DNA of 63,636 nucleotides, the filler included, from Reclinomonas americana ATCC 50394 (taxonomy: Eukaryota), in assembly GCA_048213135.1 (NCBI GenBank). It is 8 parts of 5 records of this genome, joined end to end, with 100 filler letters (N's around TTAATTAATTAA, not from the genome) between each part and the next. Parts side by side here need not be neighbours in the genome. Positions count along the whole stretch, not along the records: positions 33,615 to 37,565 come from PS015373.1; positions 37,666 to 60,828 come from PS015375.1; 6 more parts are not named here. The stretch is one strand, 5' to 3'. Below are positions 37,462-56,077 of this stretch, in pieces; position 1 is the first letter of the stretch; the number at the start of each line of letters is the position of its first letter. The notes under the pieces were generated by a model that was not told the DNA's origin, ran no database searches, and saw only the letters and a list, made by a program, of their open reading frames with translations. The translations under genes and the position numbers were made by a program.

Positions 37462-37665
37462 GTCGTCTCTCTCTTCGTCGTACGACGACGACGCGTCGTC
37501 GTCGTACTACTTACTTACTTACGTTCGTCGTCGTACTCGTCCGTCCGTTACGTTACGTTACCGTTNNNNNNNNNNNNNNNNNNNNNNNNNNNNNNNNNNN
37601 NNNNNNNNNTTAATTAATTAANNNNNNNNNNNNNNNNNNNNNNNNNNNNNNNNNNNNNNNNNNNN

Positions 37666-38210
37666 GTGGCGGTGTTGGTATGAGTAGTAAATGAAGGCCG
37701 GTCGCGACTCGGAAAGCTCCTCGACCACCTCCGCCATTCCACCCTCAATCTCATCGTCCACAATCACATGCAGATCGGCGGTCACCTTGACTGCGCATGC
37801 ATGTGGAGTGTAAGAAAGAGAGAGAGAGAAGAGTGTGTGGTGGGGAGTTGAGGAGAGCACGCAACGGACGATGGCGCTGCCGGAGCTGTTACTCACGCGG
37901 AGGCGACTGTGTGTGTGTGCACGAGAGAGATCGATGTGAGTGCATTGTGGTACACGTCCGTGTAGTGTGCAAACGCAACTCGTATGCGAGCAGAACATCC
38001 TGCGTGTGGGTGTGCGTTGAGAGTCGTGAGTGGAAAAATGGACATACCTCGTGCGGGCATGCGCGTGTGCGTGCGTACCTGCGTGATGAGCACTTCGCCC
38101 TCGAACTTGCCCTGCGCACCAGCGCGCTCACCGCTCGTTGACTCACTGGCTGACGGTTCGCTCATTCTCCTTTGCAACGCACAAGATTCGTCGGTATGTA
38201 GGACACTCAT
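37666..38210 (-). CDS. GMF: Glia maturation factor (ADF-H family), 3' truncated by linker; start uncertain
   Basis: DVLLAYDRLRVSNSSGSAIVLKVTADLHVIVDDEIEGGMAEVVEELSESRPAFIYYSYQHRH parallels the GMF pattern AIIMKID...ELPERQPRFIVYSY. Confidence 0.8.
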
Positions 38211-38393
38211 GACAAGCGCCGCTTCGTCTGCTTTCTCACATCCACTATCCTGTTCTCTCTGCACATGCCACACACAGCGACTGTACGTGTGTGTGAGTGT
38301 GTCGAAATAGGATTGCGATGGTTGATGTAGCAACAAGAGTCTTCAATCGCGCGAGAGGAAACGAATGGTATCGCGAGTGCCCATGCCAACTGA

Positions 38394-39136
38394 TTACTCG
38401 TGCTCGACCTTCTTGAGGCGGGCATCCTTGTTGGTGACCTGCACGATACGAGCACGCAGAGAGAGCGAGCAGATGCGTAAGTGAACAACCGACAATCAGG
38501 GTTGCTGTGTCGCAGCAATCACCAACCTTGATCGCCAACTGGTTAGCCTTCTTCAGGATGGCGCGGCGCTTGGGGGCCGACACGCTGTGAGCAATCTCCG
38601 CAGAGTAGCGGCGGTTGTTCATCATCAATGGCATCAGGTCGGCGACGTTGAAGACGAGGAAACGCTTCAGGCCGTCACGCTCCACATGGCGGGTCTACGC
38701 AGACAGAACGAAAAAAAGGTCGGTCACTCGGTGATCACAAGCCCTGTGCGTGCGTGTGGCAGCAGCAGCGTAGACGTAACCTTCTTGTTGTTTCGGTAGC
38801 CAATGTTGGGCATCAGCTGGTTGCCCTTGAACTCACGGCTATGGAATGACAATGCATCAGCATCATCGTCTCTAGCTCTCGTGTTGTTCTCTCGAGAATA
38901 AGGAGAGTGTAACTCACCGCACAGCATTGTCGATACCCTTGGGTTGGCGCCACGAAGTAGCGATGCGGTGGTAGCGATCCGAGTGGTGGCGCTGCGACGC
39001 ACCGAAATCAGTAACTCTCAATCATGACACGACAACGAGAGAGAGAGACAGCATGCCGCTCGCTGACCTTGAACTGCTTCGTGTACTTCTTCTCCTTGGG
39101 GATCTTGTTCACCGGGCGGGCGACGATGCGGACCAT
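38394..39136 (-). CDS. RPL32: 60S ribosomal protein eL32 (five coding exons)
   Basis: KQFK|RHHSDRY...[17 protein letters not shown]...MPNIGY...FLVFNV.DL...[15 protein letters not shown]. Confidence 0.97.
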
Positions 39137-39800
39137 TCTAACAAGCAGCACACAGTCAGCTCACTCTGTTCTTCATGACTCACACCAACATGTACACACA
39201 CACACAGCACAATCTCCTTTTTGATGGCACTCGCGGTAGAACAAGAGAGAGAGAGCAAGAAGAGACGCACTGTGCGCTGTCAACCATGGCACCATGGCGC
39301 ACTCTCACACCGTCTTCTCTCGCTCAAACACGCACGCCACGCACACACACGCACTCTCATAACAACAACATGCCCGTCACACACACAAGCACCACGACAG
39401 CGACAAGGCGTCGAGTGAGGCGAGTGACATGCCGACATGCACATGCAGCACACACAAAGAAACAACACACACACACACGCGCGACACACAGCACACTCTG
39501 AGACACACTGAACACACACACACGCATGCTGCCTTCCCAACAGCAGCACGCGAACAAGGCCAAAGGCGGATCAGCGCGCAACTTCTCAAGTGCGATTGGG
39601 GTGGGTACAAGTCCGCCGATCGGAACCGACGATGGAAATCACACGCAATCAAACGCGCAAGAAGGTGAGCTGCATAGCACGCACAGTTCGTCACACTATG
39701 CGCAAACAGCAACAGGAAAAGAGAAGGAGATATGCGTGCGTGCGTGAGAATGAGGCACAGTGTGAGATGTCGCGCTCATGGCCACTCTCTCACAGAGGCA

Positions 39801-40523
39801 ATGAAGAGTCGACCAGCAGCAGCAGCAGCATCGCCGGCCTCACCGCCTTCTCCGAGCAAGGCTTCCTCGTCTGCATCTGCGCGCAAGTCGTCTTCCTCTT
39901 CGTCATCATCATCAACAGAGGAGCTGCCACTGTACAAGCGCGCACTGCTGCGCTCGTCGCATGCGTTCACCAAGGCACAGTGACACGTGTATAATGCGCG
40001 AGTGCTCAAAGAGTGTGTGACTCACTTTGTTGTCTCTTGCGCGCAGGATGAAGTGCGTCGACCGTGTTGGTGTGATTGCTGCTCTTGTGTGCACTGATGT
40101 TTATGTGTGCGCAGTTGATGGATGTGATCTTCTGGTTCCGCTCTGCAGTCGCCTTTGTGGTCGGTGTCATATGGGGTGTGGTGCCGTTGCAAGGCGCAGT
40201 GCCTATGGTGTTGTTGCGTATCCTGTCGTGTTCTTCCGAGTAGGCGACAACTCATGCAGCTGTTTTTTTATGAAACAGGGCGGTTGCGTTGATTGGCGGC
40301 TTGGTGTTTGCGTGGCACAAGTTCTACTTGAGCGGCATCAATGAGGATGATATGGGAGGCCGCTCGAAGCTGTTGCAGGAGGGATTCTTCCCCGCGTACA
40401 CGCTCTTTGTGGTGCGTGGTGCACTGGGGGGCGAAGCTGCAGCGTGAGTTGGTTGCTGATTATGTGTGTGCGCAGCTCACGTGGATCATTGTGTACACCA
40501 TCTTCAACTTTGATCATGAGTGA
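39801..40523 (+). CDS. RAB5IF: RAB5-interacting factor / GEL complex subunit OPTI (C20orf24-like)
   Basis: TK|DE|LMDVIFWFRSAVAFVVGVIWGVVPLQG...LLQEGFFPAYTLFV|LTWIIVYT. Confidence 0.88.
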
Positions 40524-40689
40524 TATAGTGCGGCGTGACTCGACGGGAGCGAGCTAGAGCAGAGGGAAGAGGAAGTGAAGGACGATGGTTGTCAGCTTTC
40601 TGCGTGGGGAGAGGCGAGGAGAGGAGGGAGGGGAGAGAGAGGAGAGCGAGAGAGGGAGGGCTATGAGCACTCCAGTAGCCGGCAGTATG

Positions 40690-41040
40690 TGCACTCTTTT
40701 CTCTCTCTCACAGGGAAGGATAAAAGAGCAGTGCAGGCGATGCAGGTAGAGAACGAGAAGAGAACGTGAGCGAAGGATCAAGGAGCAGTGCATGAAGGGG
40801 CGATGGCAGCAGAGAACGAGAAGGTAACGCGAGGGAACGATCAAGGAGAAGTAATAGGGTCACGAAGGGCAATGGAGGCAGAGAGCGAGAAGTGAACGCG
40901 AGGAAAGGATCGAGAGGAGGTGCAGGGGTCAAACGGAGCGACGCAGGTAGAGAACGACAAGTGAACACGAGGAATCGATCGAGAGAAAGTGCAGGGGTCG
41001 CAAGGAGCGAAGCAGCTAGAGAACGAGAGGGAAGGCAAGG
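40690..41040. repeat. Degenerate tandem repeat of roughly 60 bp units, intergenic
   Basis: Recurring agagaacgag(aag)...aacg(c/t)gag..(g/c)gatc(a/g)ag..g.agtgca pattern. Confidence 0.6.
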
Positions 41041-41228
41041 AGTGGAGGCGGAGAGAGTAAGGGAGAGAGAGAGTGAACCCTTGCGTATGCAGAGCTACCA
41101 CTGGAGTGCTAGGCGAGATCCCACGATGCCGATCGCCCTCCCTTTCTCCTTGTCTGCCACTGCGCACGATGAATCAACGATGCCACACTGTGTTTTCACT
41201 CATCGCTGCTCCACCAACACACCACCCA

Positions 41229-41823
41229 TCATCCCTGTGCGCACAACCACAAGTCAATCCCACGGAAGAAAAACAACACGACAAGAGCACACAGACGAAC
41301 CCACGCCGGTGTTCTTGCATACCACAATATGAGCTGCGCGCGCGACACACAATGAGAACAACATAGTGAGAGAGAGAGCAGCAGCAAGAGACACACACCA
41401 TGTTGTCTGTGCTGAAACATCGATACAAATCCCCAACGCGCGCATCCGGAGCCGGCACAAAGGCCGTTGTGCAGAACAGGAACTGCGCATGCGTACAGTG
41501 TCAACTCATATGTACAGAGAGACAGACACAGAGAGAGAGAGAGCAAGCTGACCAGTGAGTCAGAGGCCTCCAGCTTGAGCTGCTTCCGCAGAAACTCAAT
41601 GACAGAGGCAAACGAGTCGGTGACGCGCACTTTGAACTTGGCGCGTTTGAGCAGTGGTGCGTCACCAGCGGCCTTGAACATGATCACCACTGAGAGAGAG
41701 AGAGAAATCGTCAGATGCATGTGTGAGTAAGAGAGAGAGAGAGAGTAAAGACAGAGTGTGTGTACCCTTGTCCAGTGCGCCTCCGCCTGCAGCTGCTGTC
41801 TCGCCTGTTGTGTCGTCGTCCAT
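41229..41823 (-). CDS. ATG12: Autophagy ubiquitin-like protein Atg12
   Basis: [22 protein letters not shown]...VIEFLRKQL...|[23 protein letters not shown]...|[12 protein letters not shown]. Confidence 0.95.
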
Positions 41824-41876
41824 TGTGAGTGTGTGAGCAAAGAGAGTGACAGCGACTGACAGGACAACCTCACATC

Positions 41877-42092
41877 ATGTGGAGGAGCGTAGGGCGATCA
41901 TCGCTCTTCTCCACTGATGCCATTCGCTCATTGCGCAACAGTTGCACACACTGATGCATGCTTCTCTCTCTATGTGTCTCACTCACTCCCCACATGCAGT
42001 TGGTGTGATGGCACACATTGATGCAGGCAAGACGACGACCACTGAGCGCATTCTCTTTTACGCTGGTCGACTGCGCAGCATGGGAGGTGCGC

Positions 42093-42134
<42 letters not shown>

Positions 42135-44779
42135 CACTCTCAGTCTCTCACAGTGCAACAACAACCACAGATGTCGACGCGGGGAGCACCACGACTGATT
42201 TTCTGCCTGTGGAACGCGAGCGAGGCATCACCATTCAGTCGGCGTGTGTGTCTCTGGAGTGGCGCAAGTCGCGAGTGAATCTCATTGATACGCCCGGTCA
42301 TGTGGATTTCACGTTGGAGGTCGAGCGATGCATGCGAGTGTTGGATGGAGCGGTGTTGGTGTTGGATGCGGTGGCCGGCGTGCAGGCGCAGACAGAGACC
42401 GTGTGGAGACAGTCGGAGCGGTATGATGTGCCCAAGGTGGTGTTTGTCAACAAGATGGATCGTGTGGGCGCCTCGTTGCATGCCACCTTGCAGTCGATGC
42501 GGTGCGTCGCCACCACCACCACTGCTGCTGCTGTGACAGGTGTCTGATGCCGTGTCGTGTAGAGAGAAGCTGGGCACGCGACCGCTGCTGTTGCAGGTGC
42601 CGGTGGACGCGCAGGGCGAGTATGGCGATGGGTCGTTGATTGATTTGGTGCACTTGCGCACGGTGCGGTGGATCAGCGACGATGGTGCAAAGATGCGTGT
42701 GGAAGACACGGTGCAGGACATGGAACGAGCGGTGCAGGAGCGGTATGCACTGGCCGAGGCGGTGGCGGAGTGCGACGAGGAGTACATGGTGCGTCTGTAT
42801 GTTGCTGCTGTTGATGTTGTCTTTGTGTGCTACCGTTGTGCGCAGGATCAATTCCTGGCTACCGACAATGGCACGCTGACTGCGTTGCCGGCGGCGCCGC
42901 TGCTGGCCGCCATTCGAAGAGTCACTCTGCGACGCGATGCCGTGCCGGTGGTGCTTGGTGCCTCACTCAAGGTTCGCGGCATTATGGGAGGAGAATGGAT
43001 TGCTCACTCACTCACTCGGTCGCACAGAATCGCGGTGTGCAGCCGCTGATGGACGCCGTAATCGACTTTTTGCCGTCGCCAGCTGACAAACCACCAGCAC
43101 GCGGAACGCTGCTGGGCAGTGGTGGCGCGAGTGGCAAGAAGAAGCAGGTATGTTTTATTAATGTGCCTCGTGATCGCCCTCAGACCCCAGTTGCTGAGCG
43201 CATGCATGCAGAGCGGTGCTGCGGATATTGTTCGCGACTGGACGAGTCCGCAACTGTGTGCGCTGGCCTTCAAGGTCTCTGTGGACCCGCAAAAAGGACC
43301 GATTACATTCTTCCGAGTGTACTCGGGCCGCATGTCGGCCGGTGACTCGTTGGTGAACACGACGCAAATGGCGCTGGGCAACACGCACAAGGAGCGACCG
43401 ACGCGCCTGGTGCGCCTGTTTGCCGATTCAGAGGAAGTGATTGACAAGGGTGAGTTTGGACGTGCAATCTTTCTTCCCCCTGTTCTCTCTCACGCCCCGG
43501 GTAGTCGAGGCTGGAGACATTGTGGCTGCGATCGGGTTGCGACACACGCGAACTGGTGACACCTTGCTGGCGGCGCGAGACAAGGAACACTTGGTGCTGC
43601 AGGGCGTTGAGATCCCCAAGCCAGTGTTCTTCTGCTCGGTGGAACCGGCGTCGTCGGCCGATCAGCGTGAGTTGGAAATGGGACTGCGCGATTTGCTGCT
43701 GGAGGATCCGAGTTTGGAGGTGTCCTTCAACGAGGAGACCGGTCAGACGTTGCTGTGCGGCATGGGCGAGTTGCATCTGGAGATTGCGTGTCAACGATTG
43801 TTTGGCGATTTCCGTGTCAAGGGAAACCGCGGTCGTGTGGAGATCTCGTATCGCGAGACCTTGTCGCAGGCAGTTGCGTGCACTCAAATTGTCGGCGAAA
43901 AAGGATGCAGGCGTGTGTTCTCACTCTTTTCTCGCACAGTGCCGGCATCGTGTGACACTTGGTGGGCGAGAGATGGAGTTGCAGGTGGAGCCCACTGCGC
44001 GAGGCACTGGTTCCACCTTTGAGGTGAGTGGTGGTGTTTTCTGCCTCAGCATTTATCGGTTCCTCAACTACGCGTACCACTCACTCTGGATATACAACAG
44101 TCGTCGGTGCCGACAGACGCGGTGGTTCCCGAATCGTTCAGTTCGCCGACCGAATGGCAGTCTGCGTTGGTGGTGATTGAGCAGGCCGCTCGTGATGCGC
44201 TCGCTCGCGGCGCGCTTGTCGGTTTCCCCGTGGAGGATGTCAATGTCACTCTCACCCACTACAATGCTGCCGGAGCGCCTGGCGGCCAGAATCCCAATTC
44301 CACCACGTCGTCGGGAGCGAGTGGTGGACAGACGGCTGCGTCGCTGACGCCGGCACTGCGTGCGCTGACAGCTGGGTGCGTACGCGAGCTGCTTCGCGTG
44401 CACAAGTCGTCGGCTGTGCTGCTGGAGCCCATTATGGATCTCGAATTGACCGTCAAGTCGCAGTACGTTGGTGCGTGACTCGACGGATGCGCTCCGCTCT
44501 CCACAGTGTGTGCACAAGCAGAGCTAATCCTCCCCCCCTGCAGGCGATGTGCTGAACGATCTGACAAATGTGAGGCGTGGTCGTGTCAAGGAGGTGGAGG
44601 CCGGGGAGCGCATGTCGCGTATCCGCGCCGAGGTTCCACTGGAAACCACCGTCGGCTACTCCTCATCGCTGCGCTCGCTGACGCAAGGCAACGCGGCGTA
44701 CTCCATATCATTAAGTCGGTTCGACGCAGTGGCAGCTGGCGACCAGATGGCTGTCCTCATCAAGATTCGTGGTTACTAA
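41877..44779 (+). CDS. GFM2: Mitochondrial elongation factor G2 / ribosome-releasing factor 2
   Basis: [70 protein letters not shown] and LLEPIMDLE. Short Arg/Ser-rich N-terminus. Confidence 0.88.
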
Positions 44780-45095
44780 TCAAGGAACGGTTTAGAGGGC
44801 GGGGGAAGAGAGAGAGAGAGAGATGGTGCCTTTTTTCCAACTTTTACGGGAATACATGAATGTAGAGAAACGGATTGGCGTGACGCGCAGGGGAAGGGGC
44901 GGTCACACGAGAGTGAGGGTGAGAAAAAGAGAGAGAGAGAGAGAAAGAGAGCGCCCGACACACTAGCATGCGACATTGTTGCAAAATCAATGTGCGAGGG
45001 GCGACGCACAATACACAAGCCAGAAGGGGGGAAAAGGGCGGGGAATGAAAACGGCGTACGTCGTGTTGGAGCACAACACCTGTCGCGGGCCCCTT

Positions 45096-48048
45096 TTACA
45101 CCACGGTGTCGGCCTTGCCGTAGTAGCGGTTGACAAATGGAACCTGCGCACAGGAAGACAGGGAGTCCGAGAGTGAGAATGACAAACGCAGCACAGGAGA
45201 GGATATAAGAACGAGAAAGAGAAGAGGGCGAGAGAGGAGAGAATGCGAGATTAGAGAAGAGAAAGAAAGCGAGACAAGAGGGAGTATGATGTGAACTGGA
45301 GAGAGAGAAAGAGAGAGCGAGAATGGCAAATGCTGCACACAGGAGGAAATACGAAGAGGGACCCATGAGGAAATCACAGTGAAACAGGACGGAGAAGAGA
45401 TGGAAGAGAATGACACATGCGGTACAGGAGAGGAAACAAGAACGAGCGAATGCAGAGGGTGAGGGAGAGAGAAAACGTGAGGAGAGAAAATCAAGTGGAA
45501 TGGAGAGAGAAAGACTGGCGGGCTGTTACATACAGAGTCTCTCTCTCTCTCTNNNNNNNNNNNNNNNNNNNNNNNNNNNNNNNNNNNNNNNNNNNNNNNN
45601 NNNNNNNNNNNNNNNNNNNNNNNNNNNNNNNNNNNNNNNNNNNNNNNNNNNNNNNNNNNNNNNNNNNNNNNNNNNNNNNNNNNNNNNNNNNNNNNNNNNN
45701 NNNNNNNNNNNNNNNNNNNNNNNNNNNNNNNNNNNNAGTAGGGTGAGGCTGGCAGGCTACCAACGATCACCACGCTCTGCGAGCACCACCCCCCACACAC
45801 ACACCGTGATGCTCGGCCACCTCGTCGACAATCTCCTCAATGTCGTCCATCTCCCAGTCGTAGTCGAACACCAACTGCTTGCCGGCCACATTGCGGCAGA
45901 CAGACACGGTCGAGTCGGCATCCACCTTGCCCACGTCGCTCTCTCGCTGCACGTCTGCGGCGGAGGTTCACATAATAAGAACATCATGTGTGAAACGACA
46001 CAAACATGACGGCGGTGAAGAGTGTGCGTGTGGACGCAACAGAGGTTGCCATACTCGTACTCGCGCTTCTTGTCCTCGGGCAGCTTGCGCAGCACCGAAT
46101 CACGCAGTTCGCAAGTGAGGTAGTACAGCCGGAGGGCATGGCGCTGCTTCTTGGTCGACACGTCCCTGCACACGAACTCGAGTCAGCGGATCGCTGGCGG
46201 TCGTGCAATCGTCATGCAAGCATCACATCGCAACATGTCTTCCTCCAAGTACGGCACCCACGAGAGCTTCAACTGCGAGCCCGGCACGACAGTCTCCTTC
46301 AACATCATCACCGACTTGATGCCGACGTCGGTCGGCGGCGGGTGTGCGGACTTGATCTGCATTCACAGCCGATGAGCACTCCCATCACTAACGAGAAGGG
46401 CGACAGAAAAAAACGAAACTGCAAAGATGACCGGGATCAGCACCAGAGTCTCCGAGGCACCCTCTGTCGGTCTTAGGCTCGGCAGCATTTGCGCTGCGCG
46501 TGTGGGGAATACACACTCAGCGGGCTGATGAAGCACAGCACATTGCACCAAAAAAACAGCACGCACCCTCGGAGCCACCAAACATGTACACCTTGCCGTC
46601 GCTCAGATCGCCCTCCGTGAGCGACTTTTCCAGATTCTCAAAGCTCCACGGGTACTCGAAGAGCTTGTCAAAGTTGGCCCACTCGGTGCCTGCAACGACT
46701 CACATGAGTGTGCCGAACGATAAGGTCGAGATCAACAGTGGCCTTGATGCGCACCAACAAAGTAAAAGTCCTGCGTGGCACCACGAGTGAGCACATGCAC
46801 GCACACACACTATCAAGAAAACAATGGGCGACAAACCTTCCAGGCAGTCCACTGTATGTGCGCCAGACAACACGCGCATAATGGCGGGAACATGCACATG
46901 ATTAGTTTCCGAGGGCGGGGAAAGAGTCACCAACACAAACACACAATGCACGGTCCCCATTCCTCTACACCCGCGTGCAGGTACCACGCAGCGTGCAGCA
47001 CGACAAGTGGAAAGCGAGGGAAAAAGTGTGCAAGTGCAGATGTCACGACATTTCGCCCCCACACGCACCTGGTTCTCCTCCTCCTCGATCTTGGGCTTGG
47101 GTGGCGGCCCGCTTGTTGCCGCGGCCGCCGCACTGTCCGCCTTCCTCGCTCGCTTCTTCGGCGGTTCGCCACTGGACTCGGCCTTCTTCGCCTTCGCCTT
47201 TGGCGTCTTCGGCTTCTTCTTCTTGTCATCGTCGCTGGCCGGTGCCTTCTTCGCCTTCTTCTTCTTCAGCTTCTCCCGCTCCTTCTTCTGCTTCTTCTTC
47301 TTCTTGGCCTCCTCCTCGCTGTCGACGTCCATCTCCTCGTACTCATCATCGTCATCGTCGTCGCCGTCGTCGCTGCCACTCTGCTCATCGCTGTCATCAT
47401 CCGCCTTCTCGGTCTTCTTGCTCGGCTAATTAGCGCGCACATGAGACAACTGGTGACAACATGCATCCGTACGCGACATCCGCCACGCACCTTGCTCTTC
47501 TTCTGCTTCAGCAGCGTCTTCTTCTTGTCGCGGCCCTTGGTCTTCTTGGTCGCCACCGCCGCCGCCGCCTTTTTCTTCTTGTCGTCACCGTTGCTCATCT
47601 TGACATCCTCCTGCTCCTCCTCATCCTCATCCTCCTCCTCCTCCTCATCATCAGCATCAGCATCGCTCTCCTCCTCGTCCTCCTCGCTCTCATCACGCGC
47701 ACGCTTCGCGGCCTTCTTCGCCGGCTTTGTCGCCTTTTGCCGCTCCTCCGCTTTCCTCTTCTTCTCCTCGGGCGACATCGGAGGCCGCCCGCGCTTGCGT
47801 GGAGCAGGCGCACTGTCCGCGCTCTTGGCCGGCGCACTGGCCTTGCTCGCCTCCACCGTCGGCTTGCTGGCCTTCAACGGCGCCACAGCCGACGATGACG
47901 ACGAAGGCTTCACTTTCGGCATTGGCGCCGCCGGCTTCATCTCCACCTCGGAGTCGGATTCCGACTCCGAAGCCGCTGCTGCAGCTGTTGCTGCTGCGGC
48001 CTCTGCACGCAGCTGCTTCTTGGTCTTTGCGGCACTCTTGCTCGACAT
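45096..48048 (-). CDS. HIT4: HEAT INTOLERANT 4 (HIT4)-like protein with a long Lys/Glu-rich N-terminus
   Basis: Exons GTEWANFDKLFEYPWSFENLE...KVYMFGGSEP, IPVIFA|IKSAHPPPTDVGIKSV...WVPY, YLTCELR...EYEY, FDYDWEMDDIEE and terminal VPFVNRYYGKADTVV*, in the block order I recall for plant HIT4. Confidence 0.8.
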
Positions 48049-48651
48049 TCAAACGCAAACACCGAAGTGCCTTTCCCGCCAAATTGCGAGCACATTAATT
48101 TTTTTGGGCGGTGCAGGCGCCGTGCCACTCACCACCGTTCGCCGTCGCCGCCCGCCCTCGTTGCGCCGTGAGTGTTGTGGCTGCGCGCTCGGCCATGGCG
48201 CCAACGTGAGCGTGAAAGAACAACGAGGGACATGTCGACGGTGGGCATCTCCGCCATCTCGTCGGATTTTTGGCGGCGGTCGGTCCCGCGACTTGTTTGA
48301 TTTTGCGCGCGAATGGAGGTGAGTGAATGCTGTGTGTGTGCGCGCGCGTGTGTGTGTCTGTCAATAGCACGCGCGTGCAGCGTTTTTTTCGTGGTGTGCG
48401 TCTGTCTCTTGTGTGTGTGCGTGTGTGTTTGTGTTTGCGCGCCTCACGCGTCGCGCTCTCTTTTGTGCTTGCTGCTTTGCGTGTGTGTGTTTTGTGCTGA
48501 CATGTCGCGCATTGCGTGCAGCTGCCACCGGCGCTGCCACCCGCGTTGGCGTTCCCAGTGGCGGCGGTGATGAATGGTGTGTGCGCGCGCATGCAAAGTG
48601 TGTTTGTCGTCTCACTCTCTCACGCAACACTTCTTGTGTACAGGAGAATCC

Positions 48652-55011
<6,360 letters not shown>

Positions 55012-55158
55012 TCAATGTAATATGGATGGATGTGTGCAGCGGAATAAATTGCTGTTAAGGACTTGTTTGTTTACTTGCGATGGGGTAACGTACATGCGTG
55101 CAAAAGCAGTGGCAGCAAAAGTTGTGAGTGCGTGTGTGTGTGTGTGTGTGGCACTTTA

Positions 55159-55997
55159 TCATTCGAGAACGCCTTTGGCGCGGTGGTACGTCTCGAACTG
55201 ATCAAACGTCTTGCGTGCCGTCTGCAAAAACTCTGCGAAACACAACACACACATCATCATCAGTCGGAATAAAATCACACAAGCCGCAGCAGCAGCGCAC
55301 GCACCGGCCCACGTCACCACATCAACCGATGCACTACTGGCACTTCCCGCACCGCCACTGTCACCAGTGCTGGCCGGAGCCGCCTCGTCAGCAGGCTTCT
55401 GCGAGCTGTCCTTGGCCTGTCTCATGAATCCCTCCAGTTCCTCCTCCGTCATGGCACGACCCTCCAGCTCCTGCCTCACCAATCAGCACCCTCCGTCGCA
55501 CTCCCCTCCCACTACGACCTCGCATACAGCACGCAACTTCAAACATGCGAGTCACCTCGCTTCTCGAAATGCACTCGTCGTGGTCCAAGTCAAACCGCTC
55601 AAACACCGTGCGCACTTTGGCCACATTCTGCAGGTCTTCCGGGTTGAACAGCGTCGATGCCACGGCCATGAACTCCTCGAAACTGCAAACGCGTCAGAGT
55701 AAGGCCAGGGAGAAACGAGATAAGGTGGTGGTGAGTGACCTCAGTGAGCCGTTCTTGTCCGTGTCGATGGCATCAAAGGCGGCGCGGAACTCGGGTCCAT
55801 CCTCGATCTTGGCGCCCAGGCTCTGGAAGAAGCTGCAACGAGGCAGTGATGCAAGGCAGTGTGAGAGAGAGAGAGTGACGGAAAGAAAGAGGGAGTGAGA
55901 CTCACGTGACGACTTCGGCTGCATCCAGCTTCTTGTCGCCGTTCTTGTCAAAGGCGACGAAGAGGAGGCGGATCGGCTCACTATCGGTGTCACTCAT
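55159..55997 (-). CDS. Calmodulin-like EF-hand protein
   Basis: EF loops DKNGDKKLDAAE, DTDKNGSL..EE and DLDHDECISRSE; the fourth is degenerate. Confidence 0.85.
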
Positions 55998-56077
55998 GCT
56001 TGTTGTCGCAATACAAAGTTTGTGGTGTGCCAGCAAATTTCACTCACTATCGGACTTTCTTCACACTGCGAGTGAGC

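Noticed and set aside
45757..48048. Lys/Glu-rich N-terminus first suggested topoisomerase I
   Set aside because: Downstream exons carry HIT4 motifs and no Top1 core motifs.
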